A stretch of 15,244 nucleotides of DNA, from assembly GCA_963766075.1 (NCBI GenBank), contig CAVYAN010000076.1, positions 1-15,244 on the forward strand, written 5' to 3'. The translations under genes and the position numbers were made by a program. Under the pieces are notes generated by a model that worked only from the letters and a program-made list of their open reading frames with translations, was not told the origin of the DNA and ran no database searches. Source of the stretch: an uncultured cyanobacterium (GTDB lineage: Bacteria > Cyanobacteriota > Cyanobacteriia > Leptolyngbyales > Leptolyngbyaceae). Position 1 is the stretch's first letter. Every line of letters starts with the position of its first letter. Below, piece by piece: positions 7,433 through 15,244 of this stretch.

Positions 7433-7870
7433 ATGAATCAAACAATTAAAGTTATGAAAATTTGGCACAAACGATCTTTTCTTCTGGCAATCCTACTGAC
7501 GCTCTGCCCGAATTATGTTTTTGCAGAAGAAAGCAACACTATTTTCGGCTTAATCAGTATTTCACAGCCCTACCAAGGCACCCCCAAAAAATCTTGCGAC
7601 TATCTGCCTGATCATGCCGACATACAAAACGGTGGCACTGTTTGGGTGGGTGACGGCGACGGAGATATTATTGCCCGTGGCGATTTTTTTCCTGGAAGCA
7701 ATGCTTCTATTCCAGGCATGGCAGGATGGGTTCAGTGTCGCGTTTTATTCACCGCCAAGGTTCCAATGTCTCGAATCTACCGCATCAAGTTAGGAGATAG
7801 AGAGCCTATAATCTTTACCTATGAAGAGATGCGGTCAAGGTACTGGATGTTGAGACTGACGGCAGATTGA
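7433..7870 (+). CDS. Secreted/periplasmic hypothetical protein (alternative start 7454)
   Basis: Signal-peptide-like MKIWHKRSFLLAILLTLCPNYVFA|EES, then a beta-rich domain with two Cys (SCDY...DIQNGGTVWVGDGDGDIIARG...QCRVLF). Confidence 0.75.
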   Translation: MNQTIKVMKIWHKRSFLLAILLTLCPNYVFAEESNTIFGLISISQPYQGTPKKSCDYLPDHADIQNGGTVWVGDGDGDIIARGDFFPGSNASIPGMAGWVQCRVLFTAKVPMSRIYRIKLGDREPIIFTYEEMRSRYWMLRLTAD

Positions 7871-7895
7871 ATTCTCCACGGGTGAGATCTCAACC

Positions 7896-8378
7896 ATGGA
7901 GAATAGAAACTTAGTTTATCAAACCAGCTTTGCGATGGAACGCACGCGCCATGAGTTTGATGTCATCCGGTTGTGGGAGCAACCTGCATACCTATTCCTG
8001 CAATACCCTGGACTGATTCCCTTTGCAGTGCTGGGTCAAAGTGCAAATGCAGAAGAGACATTGCGCCAAGCCGCTCAAAGGGTGGATCAAATCGCTGCCC
8101 CCACAATGCAAGCGAACCTGATGGCGGCTTCAGCGATTTTAGCTGGGCTAAAATTAGAAGATGAGGTTGTTGATCGCCTACTCCGGAGAGACATTATGCA
8201 GGAGTCCACTGTTTATCGCTCCATTCAGAGAGAGGCGCAGAAAGAGAATACGCGGGCGATCGCGCTCAACTTTCTACGAGACGGCTTATCGGTCGAAGCC
8301 GTTGCTCATGGAACAGAGTTATCGATCGAGGAAGTTCAGCAACTTCAGCAGCAGACGAGCAATCCTTCACAAAATTGA
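7896..8378 (+). pseudogene. 5'-truncated Rpn-family (recombination-promoting nuclease / putative transposase) gene
   Basis: LVYQTSF...RHEFDVIRLWEQP..FL..PGLIPFAVL...AILAGL...MQES.VY..I...IALNFL..GLS.E.VA..T.LS.EEV matches the C-terminal part of cyanobacterial Rpn proteins. The N-terminal PD-(D/E)XK region (RAD...LHLEFQ) is absent. Confidence 0.8.
8196..8378 (+). CDS. Putative internally initiated Rpn small C-terminal protein (RpnS-like, 60 aa)
   Basis: In-frame ATG at 8196 (MQESTVYRSI...) preceded by GGAGAG (8185-8190) at 5-nt spacing. Confidence 0.5.
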   Translation: MQESTVYRSIQREAQKENTRAIALNFLRDGLSVEAVAHGTELSIEEVQQLQQQTSNPSQN

Positions 8379-8415
8379 ATTGGTTTATCCTGCAAGCAGT
8401 GCGATCGCCGATCTT

Positions 8416-8446
8416 GTAGGGTGCATTCGCGGCAGCGTCATGCATC
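8416..8446 (+). repeat. GTAG-type REP-like palindrome
   Basis: GTAG-GGTGCAT-tcgcggcagcgtc-ATGCATC. A second degenerate GTAG-led hairpin lies at 9357-9389 (GTAGATTGGG...AACCCAAC). Confidence 0.5.
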
Positions 8447-8551
8447 TTCTTTCGCCCATGAACTGGTATTTTTTCGGTGGTGTCTCAGAGGTACCTGCTG
8501 CCGTTGAGCTTCACCGCCATACTGCATACCCTCTGGGGAAAATTCCGATCT

Positions 8552-8560
8552 TGCTATAAT
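8552..8560 (+). promoter_or_regulatory. Extended -10 promoter for the cytochrome b gene
   Basis: TGcTATAAT, 32 nt upstream of ATG 8593. Confidence 0.6.
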
Positions 8561-8592
8561 TTGAGAAGATTTCGATTAGAGTAAATATAGCT

Positions 8593-9261
8593 ATGCCGCG
8601 TGTCCATCCATACCAGCCTGTTTCCCTACGAATATCGCATGGCATCTCTGCAGTGCTACTCATTTCAGCCTTGATTTCAGGGTTTTTGATCTACAACACG
8701 TATGACAAGCGTTGGGGTAGTCTTCCTTTACCCACCATAGGAGATATTCAAGGTATTCATGGCACGATTGCTCTGGCATTCCTATTATTTCTACCCGTTT
8801 TTGCTCTATACAGCTTTCATATTGGCTATCGTCGTCTAGTAGAAGAGCAATCTTTCAGTCAACTAAAACAGTTTGGCGAGCCAATTTGGTGGATATCAGT
8901 ACACCGCTTTGCAAATACGTTAATGTTGCTTGCGGCAACGTTTGCTGTAGTAACGGGTCGAATGATGAAAGAAGAATGGCTTCCTGCTGGAGAAATTCAT
9001 CATCAATGGTACCTGGCACATTTGGCGGCATGGGTATGTGTGTTCATGAGTCTTGCATTACATCTACTAATGGGAGCCAAAGTTGGCGGCGTTCCTTTGC
9101 TAGTATCAATGTTTAATTGGAAAATACGCGGCGAGGATACGCTACTTGCCTGGAATCAAGGGGCCAAAATTAAGCACTCTAGTTTAGTCTTAAAGGTTCT
9201 TGAAGGTATTGTGATTGGAGGCATTATTGTGGCATTTCTTCTACCCGTCTTTAACTCCTAA
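8593..9261 (+). CDS. Cytochrome b/b6-domain membrane protein (Ni-hydrogenase cytochrome b / b561-like)
   Basis: 222 aa with about 5 hydrophobic segments. Candidate heme-ligand His in LRISHG, IQGIHG, YLAHL and LALHL. Confidence 0.85.
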   Translation: MPRVHPYQPVSLRISHGISAVLLISALISGFLIYNTYDKRWGSLPLPTIGDIQGIHGTIALAFLLFLPVFALYSFHIGYRRLVEEQSFSQLKQFGEPIWWISVHRFANTLMLLAATFAVVTGRMMKEEWLPAGEIHHQWYLAHLAAWVCVFMSLALHLLMGAKVGGVPLLVSMFNWKIRGEDTLLAWNQGAKIKHSSLVLKVLEGIVIGGIIVAFLLPVFNS

Positions 9262-9430
9262 AATGTCCTCGTATAACCTGCGGCACTCTATGAGCCTGCA
9301 CTGGATTGTCAACCCGATGGCAAGTCAACCAATGGCAAACAGTGATCGCTGATCCTGTAGATTGGGGTGGAGCCATCGCAAAACCCAACGCAAGCTCTGA
9401 AGCTACCGATCTACGCTCCACGTCGTCTTA

Positions 9431-9586
9431 GGCGATTTCCAAAAAATAATATACCCACTGGGTCATAGATCCGCTGGCTGCCCTGCGGGAAGTGAACTAC
9501 GACTCCGCTCAGCCAGCGGAAGATTGCTCCCTTCGACTCCGCTCAGGGAGCAGTTTGGGTCGGTAGATTCTTTCATAGAAATCTCC
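9431..9586. mobile_element. MITE-like element with TTA target duplication, containing CTTCGACTCCGCTCAG repeats
   Basis: TTA|GGCGATTTCCAAAAAATAAT ... ATTCTTTCATAGAAATCTCC|TTA. 9427-9450 matches the reverse complement of 9567-9590 at 18/24. Two internal CGACTCCGCTCAG copies. Confidence 0.6.
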
Positions 9587-9732
9587 TTAGTGTTGCCATA
9601 GCTTTGCATAGGTGTGCTGCGCCTTAACAAGATAAAAAATCAATAAACTTGCATGAGCTTTCATCGGCTCAGGCATCATACGCATCAGCAGAATGTCTTT
9701 GAACAGACCTGCGTCAGGTCTAGGCACGCCAC

Positions 9733-9850
9733 AAAAAATGAAGTGAGGGACTCCGAAAGGAGAGAGAAGGATTCAGATACCCTCAACTCCATCAGAAAGA
9801 TTCACAGAAACCATCCTAATTATTAGTACTAAGTCTCAATAGCTTTCCTG
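9733..9850 (-). ncRNA. Candidate ~120-nt sRNA with anti-SD loop and intrinsic terminator
   Basis: Minus strand extended -10 TGaTATACT (9865-9857), with TTGACA at 9888-9883. Hairpin 9738-9792 has three 6-bp helices including two G-U pairs valid only on this strand, loop UCCUUCUCUCUCCU, then a U-tract. Confidence 0.62.
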
Positions 9851-10054
9851 CGAAGCAGTATATCACATCTATTAGTAATCTATGTCAATAAAGATCATTA
9901 AGTAATATTGAGCATGGCGAGAATGACCTGGCGATCGCCGAGTCTAGAGGCACATCAAAAAGAGAGAATCTGCCTTCTGTCCCCTCCGTCCATTTCGCTC
10001 AAATCCAGAAAATCGCGATAGAATACTGCAAAATACTGTCAGTAGGAGTCCCCC

Positions 10055-11896
10055 TTGGTACAAGCTGTCTCTTCGCAAAATCTTTCGCAAAACCCAGGGT
10101 CTGTGGATCACGCCGCCGCCCATACGACCCAGGAATGGGACTTGTCCGACTTGTACCGGAGCTTTGATGATCCTCAGTTGAGCCAAGATCTCGCCGAGCT
10201 TCAGGCCAAAGCTGCCGATTTTCGCCAGCGGTATCGGGGCCAGGTGCAGACGCTCACGCCAGCGACCATAGCCCAGTGCTTGCAAGAATTGGAGGCGATC
10301 GCCACCACCTCCGGGCAGCTTTATGCGTTTCCCGCCCTGGTGTTTGCTGCCGACACCCGCAACACCGCCGCCAAGCAAATGCAGGACAAGCTGCTCGAAG
10401 CCGTCACCGGTATTGAGAATCAACTGCTCTTCTTTGACCTAGAACTGAAGGGATTAACCACCGACCAACTGGCCGCTCTACAAGCCGCGCCCGCTCTGCA
10501 AACCTATCGCCACTACCTCCACAACATCGGCAAGTTTCGCCCCTTCAAACTGTCGGAAGACGTCGAACAAACCCGCAATCAGGACGGACTAACGGGACGG
10601 CAAGCCTTTATCACCCTGCGCTCGGTCCACTTGGGCGGGCAGGAATATGCCCCCGTTACCCCGCCGGACGGCCAACCGGCCAGTACCGATGCGGAGTTGA
10701 GTGCCCTGCTGTTCCATCCCCAGGCCGAGACTCGCTATGCCGCCTACCAGTCGGTGCGCCAAGTGATGCAGCAGCATAATTCACTCTACGCTTATATTCT
10801 CAGCACGGTGGCCCAGGATCACAAATTGGAAAACCAGATGCGGGGTTACGACTCCACCTTGCACAAGCAGCTCTTGGCGGATGAGGTGTCAGAGCCGGTA
10901 TTTCGGGCGATTATGGACGGGACGGGCGATCGCTTCGATTTATGGCAGCGCTACTATCGGCTGAAATCTCAGGCAATCGGCCAAAAGGTGCGCACCTGTG
11001 ATGTCTACGCGCCGTGGGATCCGGAAACCCGCGTGCCGCCGCTGCCCTACAGCACAGGCGTGGAAACGTTGCTAAAGGCGATCGCCGAATTTGATGTCAA
11101 CTACGCCCGCCGTGCCGAAGAATTTTTCCTCAACAATTGGGTGGATGCGAAGGTGCGTCCGGGTAAGCGGGGCGGGGCATTCTGTTGGTATGTCCACGGC
11201 AAGCACAGCTACCTGCTCCAGTCCTACACAGAGGATTACAATTCTCTGTTTACCCTGGCCCACGAAATGGGGCACGGACTTCACTTTGCTGCCATTGGCG
11301 ATCGCCAAACCCATTTCAACAGCAATCCACCGATGGTCTTGGCAGAAATTGCCTCCACCTTTAACGAACTGCTCCTGCTGGATTACCTTCTGAAAGCGGC
11401 GCAGGGGGATCTGGCCTTGACCCGCTCGCTGCTGACCCGCCAACTGGAAGATCAGTTAAATCTGCTGTTTCGCCAAAGTACGGTCAGTCGTTTGGAACTG
11501 GCGATTCATGAGCGCGCTGTCCAAGGCAGTTTTGATCAGACGTTTGTCAATGACCAATGGCGATCGCTCTACCAAAACCTCTGCGGTGATGCGATGGACG
11601 TGTTGCCAGAGCATGACTATGATTGGGCGCGCATTGGGCACATCTATTTCAAACCCTTCTACTGCTACCAATACACGGCCTCTAATATTGTTAGCCTTGC
11701 CTGCTATCAGCAATATTTGCAGGTGGGTCAGGATTTTATTCCGGGCTACATGGAATTGCTGGCGGCGGGCGGCAGCGTGGATCAAGTGGCGGCTCTGCGC
11801 CAATACGTGGGTGTGGATCTGGAAAATCCAGCCACGGTGCAGTCCGCCCTCTCCTATGTGGAAGGCTTACTCGATCAACTGCAATCCATCCTGTAG
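10055..11896 (+). CDS. pepF: Oligoendopeptidase F (peptidase M3B)
   Basis: 613 aa. WDLSDLY, GKRGGAFC, zinc motif TLAHEMGHGLH, LAEIASTFNE, WARIGHIY..PFYCYQY. TTG start supported by AGGAG at 10044-10048. Confidence 0.95.
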   Translation: MVQAVSSQNLSQNPGSVDHAAAHTTQEWDLSDLYRSFDDPQLSQDLAELQAKAADFRQRYRGQVQTLTPATIAQCLQELEAIATTSGQLYAFPALVFAADTRNTAAKQMQDKLLEAVTGIENQLLFFDLELKGLTTDQLAALQAAPALQTYRHYLHNIGKFRPFKLSEDVEQTRNQDGLTGRQAFITLRSVHLGGQEYAPVTPPDGQPASTDAELSALLFHPQAETRYAAYQSVRQVMQQHNSLYAYILSTVAQDHKLENQMRGYDSTLHKQLLADEVSEPVFRAIMDGTGDRFDLWQRYYRLKSQAIGQKVRTCDVYAPWDPETRVPPLPYSTGVETLLKAIAEFDVNYARRAEEFFLNNWVDAKVRPGKRGGAFCWYVHGKHSYLLQSYTEDYNSLFTLAHEMGHGLHFAAIGDRQTHFNSNPPMVLAEIASTFNELLLLDYLLKAAQGDLALTRSLLTRQLEDQLNLLFRQSTVSRLELAIHERAVQGSFDQTFVNDQWRSLYQNLCGDAMDVLPEHDYDWARIGHIYFKPFYCYQYTASNIVSLACYQQYLQVGQDFIPGYMELLAAGGSVDQVAALRQYVGVDLENPATVQSALSYVEGLLDQLQSIL

Positions 11897-11939
11897 CGTT
11901 ACGATCTAATGCGATCTAGATCCTCCGCTCCCCCAGCAA

Positions 11940-12030
11940 GAAATTGATCCCTGAGAGAAATTGATCCCTGAGAGAAACTGCTCCCTGAGCGCAGTCGAAG
12001 AGAGCAAAGTCGAAGGGAGCAAAGTCGAAG
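11940..12030. repeat. Composite repeat: 3 x 17 bp, CTGAGCGCAGTCGAAG core, 2 x 15 bp
   Basis: GAAATTGATCCCTGAGA x2, GAAACTGCTCCCTGAGC, GCAGTCGAAG, (A/G)GAGCAAAGTCGAAG x2. Confidence 0.9.
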
Positions 12031-12110
12031 AGGAGAAATTTGCTGTGGCGATCGCGGCCCTGCCCAGGCTATGATGCAACCGTTTATCTTGATCTCCTGC
12101 CCTTGCCTTG

Positions 12111-12971
12111 ATGCCTGCCCCCTCCCCGTCTATCCCCCCGTCGTCCCCGTCGTCGCCCCCGAAATCAGGCTGGTCCCTAGACCTTCGCGATCCTCAGGTT
12201 ATTCAAAGGTGGATGCCCCTATGGGGTTGGTTTTACCAGCACTATTTCCGGGTCCAAACCAGTGGCTGGGAAAATATTCCTCCCGGCCAAGTCCTCCTCG
12301 TCGGTTCCCATAACGGCGGACTCGCCTCCCCCGATATGGTGATGATGATGTACGACTGGTTTCGGCACTTTGGCATCGAGCGGCCCGTATATGGATTGAT
12401 GCATCCTCAAGTCTGGCGGGCTTCTCCGCCCCTGGCCCAACTGGCGGCCCAAGTCGGGGCGCTTGAGGCCCATCCTAAAATGGCGATTGCGGCCCTCCGC
12501 CAAGGCGCAAGCGTTCTGGTTTACCCCGGTGGGGCACAAGATGTCTTCCGGCCCCACCACCAGCGTCACCGCATCCATCTCGCCGGACGGCAAGGCTTCA
12601 TTAAACTGGCCCTGAGAGAAGCAGTTCCGATTGTGCCCGCCATTTCCATTGGGGCCCACGATACCCTCATGGTCCTGGCTGACTTCTATCCCCAGATGCA
12701 GCAGCTCAACGCCTGGGGCATGCCTTGGCTGCTCGGCTTGGACCCCCAAGTGTTTCCCATCTATCTGGGCTTACCCTGGGGGCTGGGCATTGGGCCCTTG
12801 CCCAACCTGCCCTTGCCCATGCAGATCCATACCCGCGTCTGTACGCCAATTCGGTTTGAACGCTATGGAATAGAGGCAGCAGGCGATCGCGCCTACGTCG
12901 AGGCGTGCTACACCCAAGTCCAGACTCAAATGCAAGCAGAGTTAGATCGATTGGTGGAGGAATGGGGCTAG
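12111..12971 (+). CDS. DGAT2-like acyltransferase, Slr2103-type (acyl-plastoquinol / phytyl ester synthesis)
   Basis: GWSL..RDPQVI..WMP, LLVGSHNGGLASPDM.MMMYDWFR.FG.ERPVYGLMHP, VLVYPGGAQDVFRP and PIYLGLPWGL.IGPLPN follow Synechocystis Slr2103 closely as recalled. TTG at 12108 is an alternative start. Confidence 0.88.
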   Translation: MPAPSPSIPPSSPSSPPKSGWSLDLRDPQVIQRWMPLWGWFYQHYFRVQTSGWENIPPGQVLLVGSHNGGLASPDMVMMMYDWFRHFGIERPVYGLMHPQVWRASPPLAQLAAQVGALEAHPKMAIAALRQGASVLVYPGGAQDVFRPHHQRHRIHLAGRQGFIKLALREAVPIVPAISIGAHDTLMVLADFYPQMQQLNAWGMPWLLGLDPQVFPIYLGLPWGLGIGPLPNLPLPMQIHTRVCTPIRFERYGIEAAGDRAYVEACYTQVQTQMQAELDRLVEEWG

Positions 12972-13146
12972 TGGCCCACGGCAGGTGTGGTATAAGAAAA
13001 TCAAATAGGGATTTTTGCTTATTCACCGGTCTGAAATCCCACTCTTCCCTCACACGGAGGGGCAAAGTATCTTAAGATATTCCTAAGAAATTACGTTTGT
13101 CTGTATTCACCAAGCTGACCCCTAACTTATCCGGGAGGATTTTTCT

Positions 13147-14220
13147 ATGGCGCTCGTACCCATGCGGTTGCTGCTCGATCACGCGGCAGAAAACGGTTAC
13201 GGCATTCCGGCGTTCAACGTCAACAATATGGAGCAGATCCAGTCGATCATGCAGGCTGCCAACGAAACCGATAGCCCGGTGATCCTGCAAGCTTCCCGCG
13301 GTGCTCGCAACTACGCTGGTGAAAACTTCCTGCGCCACCTGATCTTGGCGGCTGTGGAAACCTATCCCCACATCCCCATTGTCATGCACCAAGACCATGG
13401 CAATGCCCCCAATACCTGCTACTCAGCGCTGAAGAATAACTTCACCAGCGTCATGATGGACGGTTCCTTGGAAGCAGATGCCAAGACTCCGGCCAGCTAC
13501 GAGTACAACGTTTCTGTGACCAGCGAAGTGGTCAAAGTCGCCCATGCGATCGGCGCTTCGGTGGAAGGTGAATTGGGCTGCCTCGGGTCCTTGGAAACGG
13601 GCAAGGGCGAAGCAGAAGATGGTCACGGGTTTGAGGGCGAACTGGACCACTCTATGCTGCTGACCGATCCTGATGAAGCGGTGGACTTCGTTGAGCGCAC
13701 TCAAGTGGATGCGTTAGCGGTTGCGATCGGCACCAGCCACGGTGCTTACAAGTTCACCCGCAAACCCACGGGCGAAATTCTGGCCATCAGCCGCATTGAA
13801 GAAATTCACCGGCGCTTGCCTAACACCCACTTGGTGATGCATGGCTCTTCTTCAGTTCCCGAAGATTTGCTGGCCTTGATCAACCAACACGGCGGTGCCA
13901 TCCCCGAAACCTACGGGGTACCTGTGGAAGAAATCCAAAAGGGCATCAAGAGCGGTGTCCGCAAGATCAACATCGACACCGACTGCCGTCTGGCGATCAC
14001 AGCGGCGGTTCGTGAAGCGCTGCAATCCAAGCCCAGCGAATTTGACCCCCGCTTCTTCCTGAAGCCCTCCATCAAGTACATGCAAAAAGTGTGTGCCGAT
14101 CGCTACCAACAATTCTGGTGCGCAGGACAGGCAAGCAAGATCAAGCAAATTAGCATGGAAGCCTATGCCAGCAAGTATGCCAAGGGCGACCTGAAGCAAG
14201 TGGCGGCTGTAGTTAAGTAA
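13147..14220 (+). CDS. fbaA: Fructose-bisphosphate aldolase class II (Calvin-cycle type)
   Basis: [75 protein letters not shown]. Confidence 0.98.
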   Translation: MALVPMRLLLDHAAENGYGIPAFNVNNMEQIQSIMQAANETDSPVILQASRGARNYAGENFLRHLILAAVETYPHIPIVMHQDHGNAPNTCYSALKNNFTSVMMDGSLEADAKTPASYEYNVSVTSEVVKVAHAIGASVEGELGCLGSLETGKGEAEDGHGFEGELDHSMLLTDPDEAVDFVERTQVDALAVAIGTSHGAYKFTRKPTGEILAISRIEEIHRRLPNTHLVMHGSSSVPEDLLALINQHGGAIPETYGVPVEEIQKGIKSGVRKINIDTDCRLAITAAVREALQSKPSEFDPRFFLKPSIKYMQKVCADRYQQFWCAGQASKIKQISMEAYASKYAKGDLKQVAAVVK

Positions 14221-14276
14221 CTGTGGCTTAGTCGCTGTGGTTCAGTAAATAACTGAATTTCAGTAAAATGGTTGTG

Positions 14277-14303
14277 AAAGGGAGGCAATGCCTCCCTTTT
14301 TTT
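14277..14303 (+). terminator. Rho-independent terminator of fbaA
   Basis: AAAGGGAGGC-AAT-GCCTCCC-TTTTTTT. Confidence 0.9.
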
Positions 14304-14558
14304 AGGCTGACCCACAGGTAAAAACCCAAGGAAAAGCCATACCTTGCCTTATTTTTCTCGGCGATCGCGAATCTGACGTTGAGGGGGTTGAGCCGACTAT
14401 GCCTTCAATTGCGTCCTTCAATTGTGTAGTGATGCGCAATACTTGACCGTCATCTCACCGTTTTCCTGGTCATAGGGTTGAACGCAACATTAACCCGTAT
14501 TGCCCCGTGCTACTCCATGCGGTAATTTTTTTCTGGGAATCGCCTAACACTCTGCCGC

Positions 14559-15152
14559 TTACTGCTCTGCAAGCAGTTTGTAGATCTCACGCTTGACTTG
14601 AGTCAGCAGATCGCACACTCGATCGGATTGCTCCAAATTACCACTTCGAGCAATTTGAGTGACGGCATCGTTCAACTCTGTTAGTGTTCGCCGCAATGCA
14701 ATCAATTCAGAAGGCGTGCTCTCCATAACACGGTCGCGAGGGTTCCTTGCATACGATTGCTGATTGCGATCGCTCAATAACTGTCTACCACTCTCTGTGA
14801 TCGTGTAAACCCGCTTGCCATCAACTTGCTCACTGGTCAAATAGCCGCCTTCTTCCAACATTTGCAGCGTTGGATAGACAGAGCCTGGACTCAAGCGGCG
14901 AAACCCACCGCCACGGGCTTCCAACTCTTTAATCAGTTCATAGCCATGCTGGGCCCCCTCAGCTAAAAGCCCCAGCAACATAAATTTAATGTCCCCCCGC
15001 CGCGTGCGGGGCTCGTCGCCCCATCCGCCGCCTGACGAACCTTTGTGGCCCTGTGCTTTGTGGCCCTGCCGTCCACCCATGAAGAATGGACGGCTAGCCC
15101 CTTCTCCTGCCCATACTGGCGCGGGAAAAGGGGAATGAAATTCTCTGAACAT
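14559..15152 (-). CDS. PadR-family transcriptional regulator (YqjI-like)
   Basis: RRGDIKFMLLGLLAEGAQHGYELIKELE...SPGSVYPTLQMLEEGGY...GKRVYTITESGR, with a Gly/His-containing N-terminal extension. Confidence 0.93.
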   Translation of the reverse strand: MFREFHSPFPAPVWAGEGASRPFFMGGRQGHKAQGHKGSSGGGWGDEPRTRRGDIKFMLLGLLAEGAQHGYELIKELEARGGGFRRLSPGSVYPTLQMLEEGGYLTSEQVDGKRVYTITESGRQLLSDRNQQSYARNPRDRVMESTPSELIALRRTLTELNDAVTQIARSGNLEQSDRVCDLLTQVKREIYKLLAEQ

Positions 15153-15184
15153 GTTGCGTTCCTTGTAATTTGTGATTTGCGAAG

Positions 15185-15233
15185 TATCACGATATATCGT
15201 TTACCTCTAAAACAAGTCTATCGCGATATATCG
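15185..15233. promoter_or_regulatory. Two palindromic operators upstream of the PadR gene
   Basis: TATCACGATATATCG (15185-15199) and TATCGCGATATATCG (15219-15233), 14/15 identical, each containing the palindrome CGATATATCG. Confidence 0.7.
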
Positions 15234-15244
15234 GATTCGTCAAA

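Noticed and set aside
6598..7434. ORFs 6598-6819, 6704-6934, 6776-6958, 7006-7434 and 7221-7436
   Set aside because: No convincing RBS or motifs, and they overlap the structured leader, the promoter or better-supported ORFs.
9816..9832. Cyanobacterial LexA box
   Set aside because: Only the AGTAC half matches, and the GT(A/T)C half is missing on both strands.
11940..12030. Mini-CRISPR array
   Set aside because: Short 15-17-bp adjacent duplications with no spacers.
13041..13063. Yfr1 sRNA (CCTCACAC seen upstream of fbaA)
   Set aside because: The full ACTCCTCACAC motif and the two flanking hairpins with terminator are absent.
9944..14199. Antisense and alternate-frame ORFs within pepF, the acyltransferase and fbaA (and similar ones in the fusion gene)
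   Set aside because: Shadow ORFs of GC-rich coding regions with no independent evidence.
14402..14427. 13-bp tandem duplication CCTTCAATTG(C/T)GT
   Set aside because: Short two-copy duplication between convergent genes with no sign of function.

Overview
Cyanobacterial chromosomal DNA (about 19 HIP1 octamers GCGATCGC counted by eye, a Slr2103-like gene and a cyanobacterial-type fbaA). The right half is mostly housekeeping: oligoendopeptidase F, a Slr2103-like acyltransferase, class II fructose-bisphosphate aldolase and a YqjI-like PadR regulator with tandem palindromic operators. The left half is accessory. An isochorismatase-family gene lacking the first catalytic Asp and a PAS sensor gene are transcribed divergently from a ~1310-aa NodU/CmcH carbamoyltransferase fused to an NPPF-type SAM methyltransferase, which is split by a 1-nt frameshift in a G6 run. 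Next come a 13 x 21-bp tandem array ending in a hairpin, a 90-aa gene with a promoter and ~230-nt attenuator-like leader, three small orphan genes, a 5'-truncated Rpn gene retaining an internal start, a cytochrome b gene, two MITE-like elements and a strong unannotated sRNA candidate with an anti-Shine-Dalgarno loop. All family assignments come from motif recognition and memory; no database search or folding program was run.
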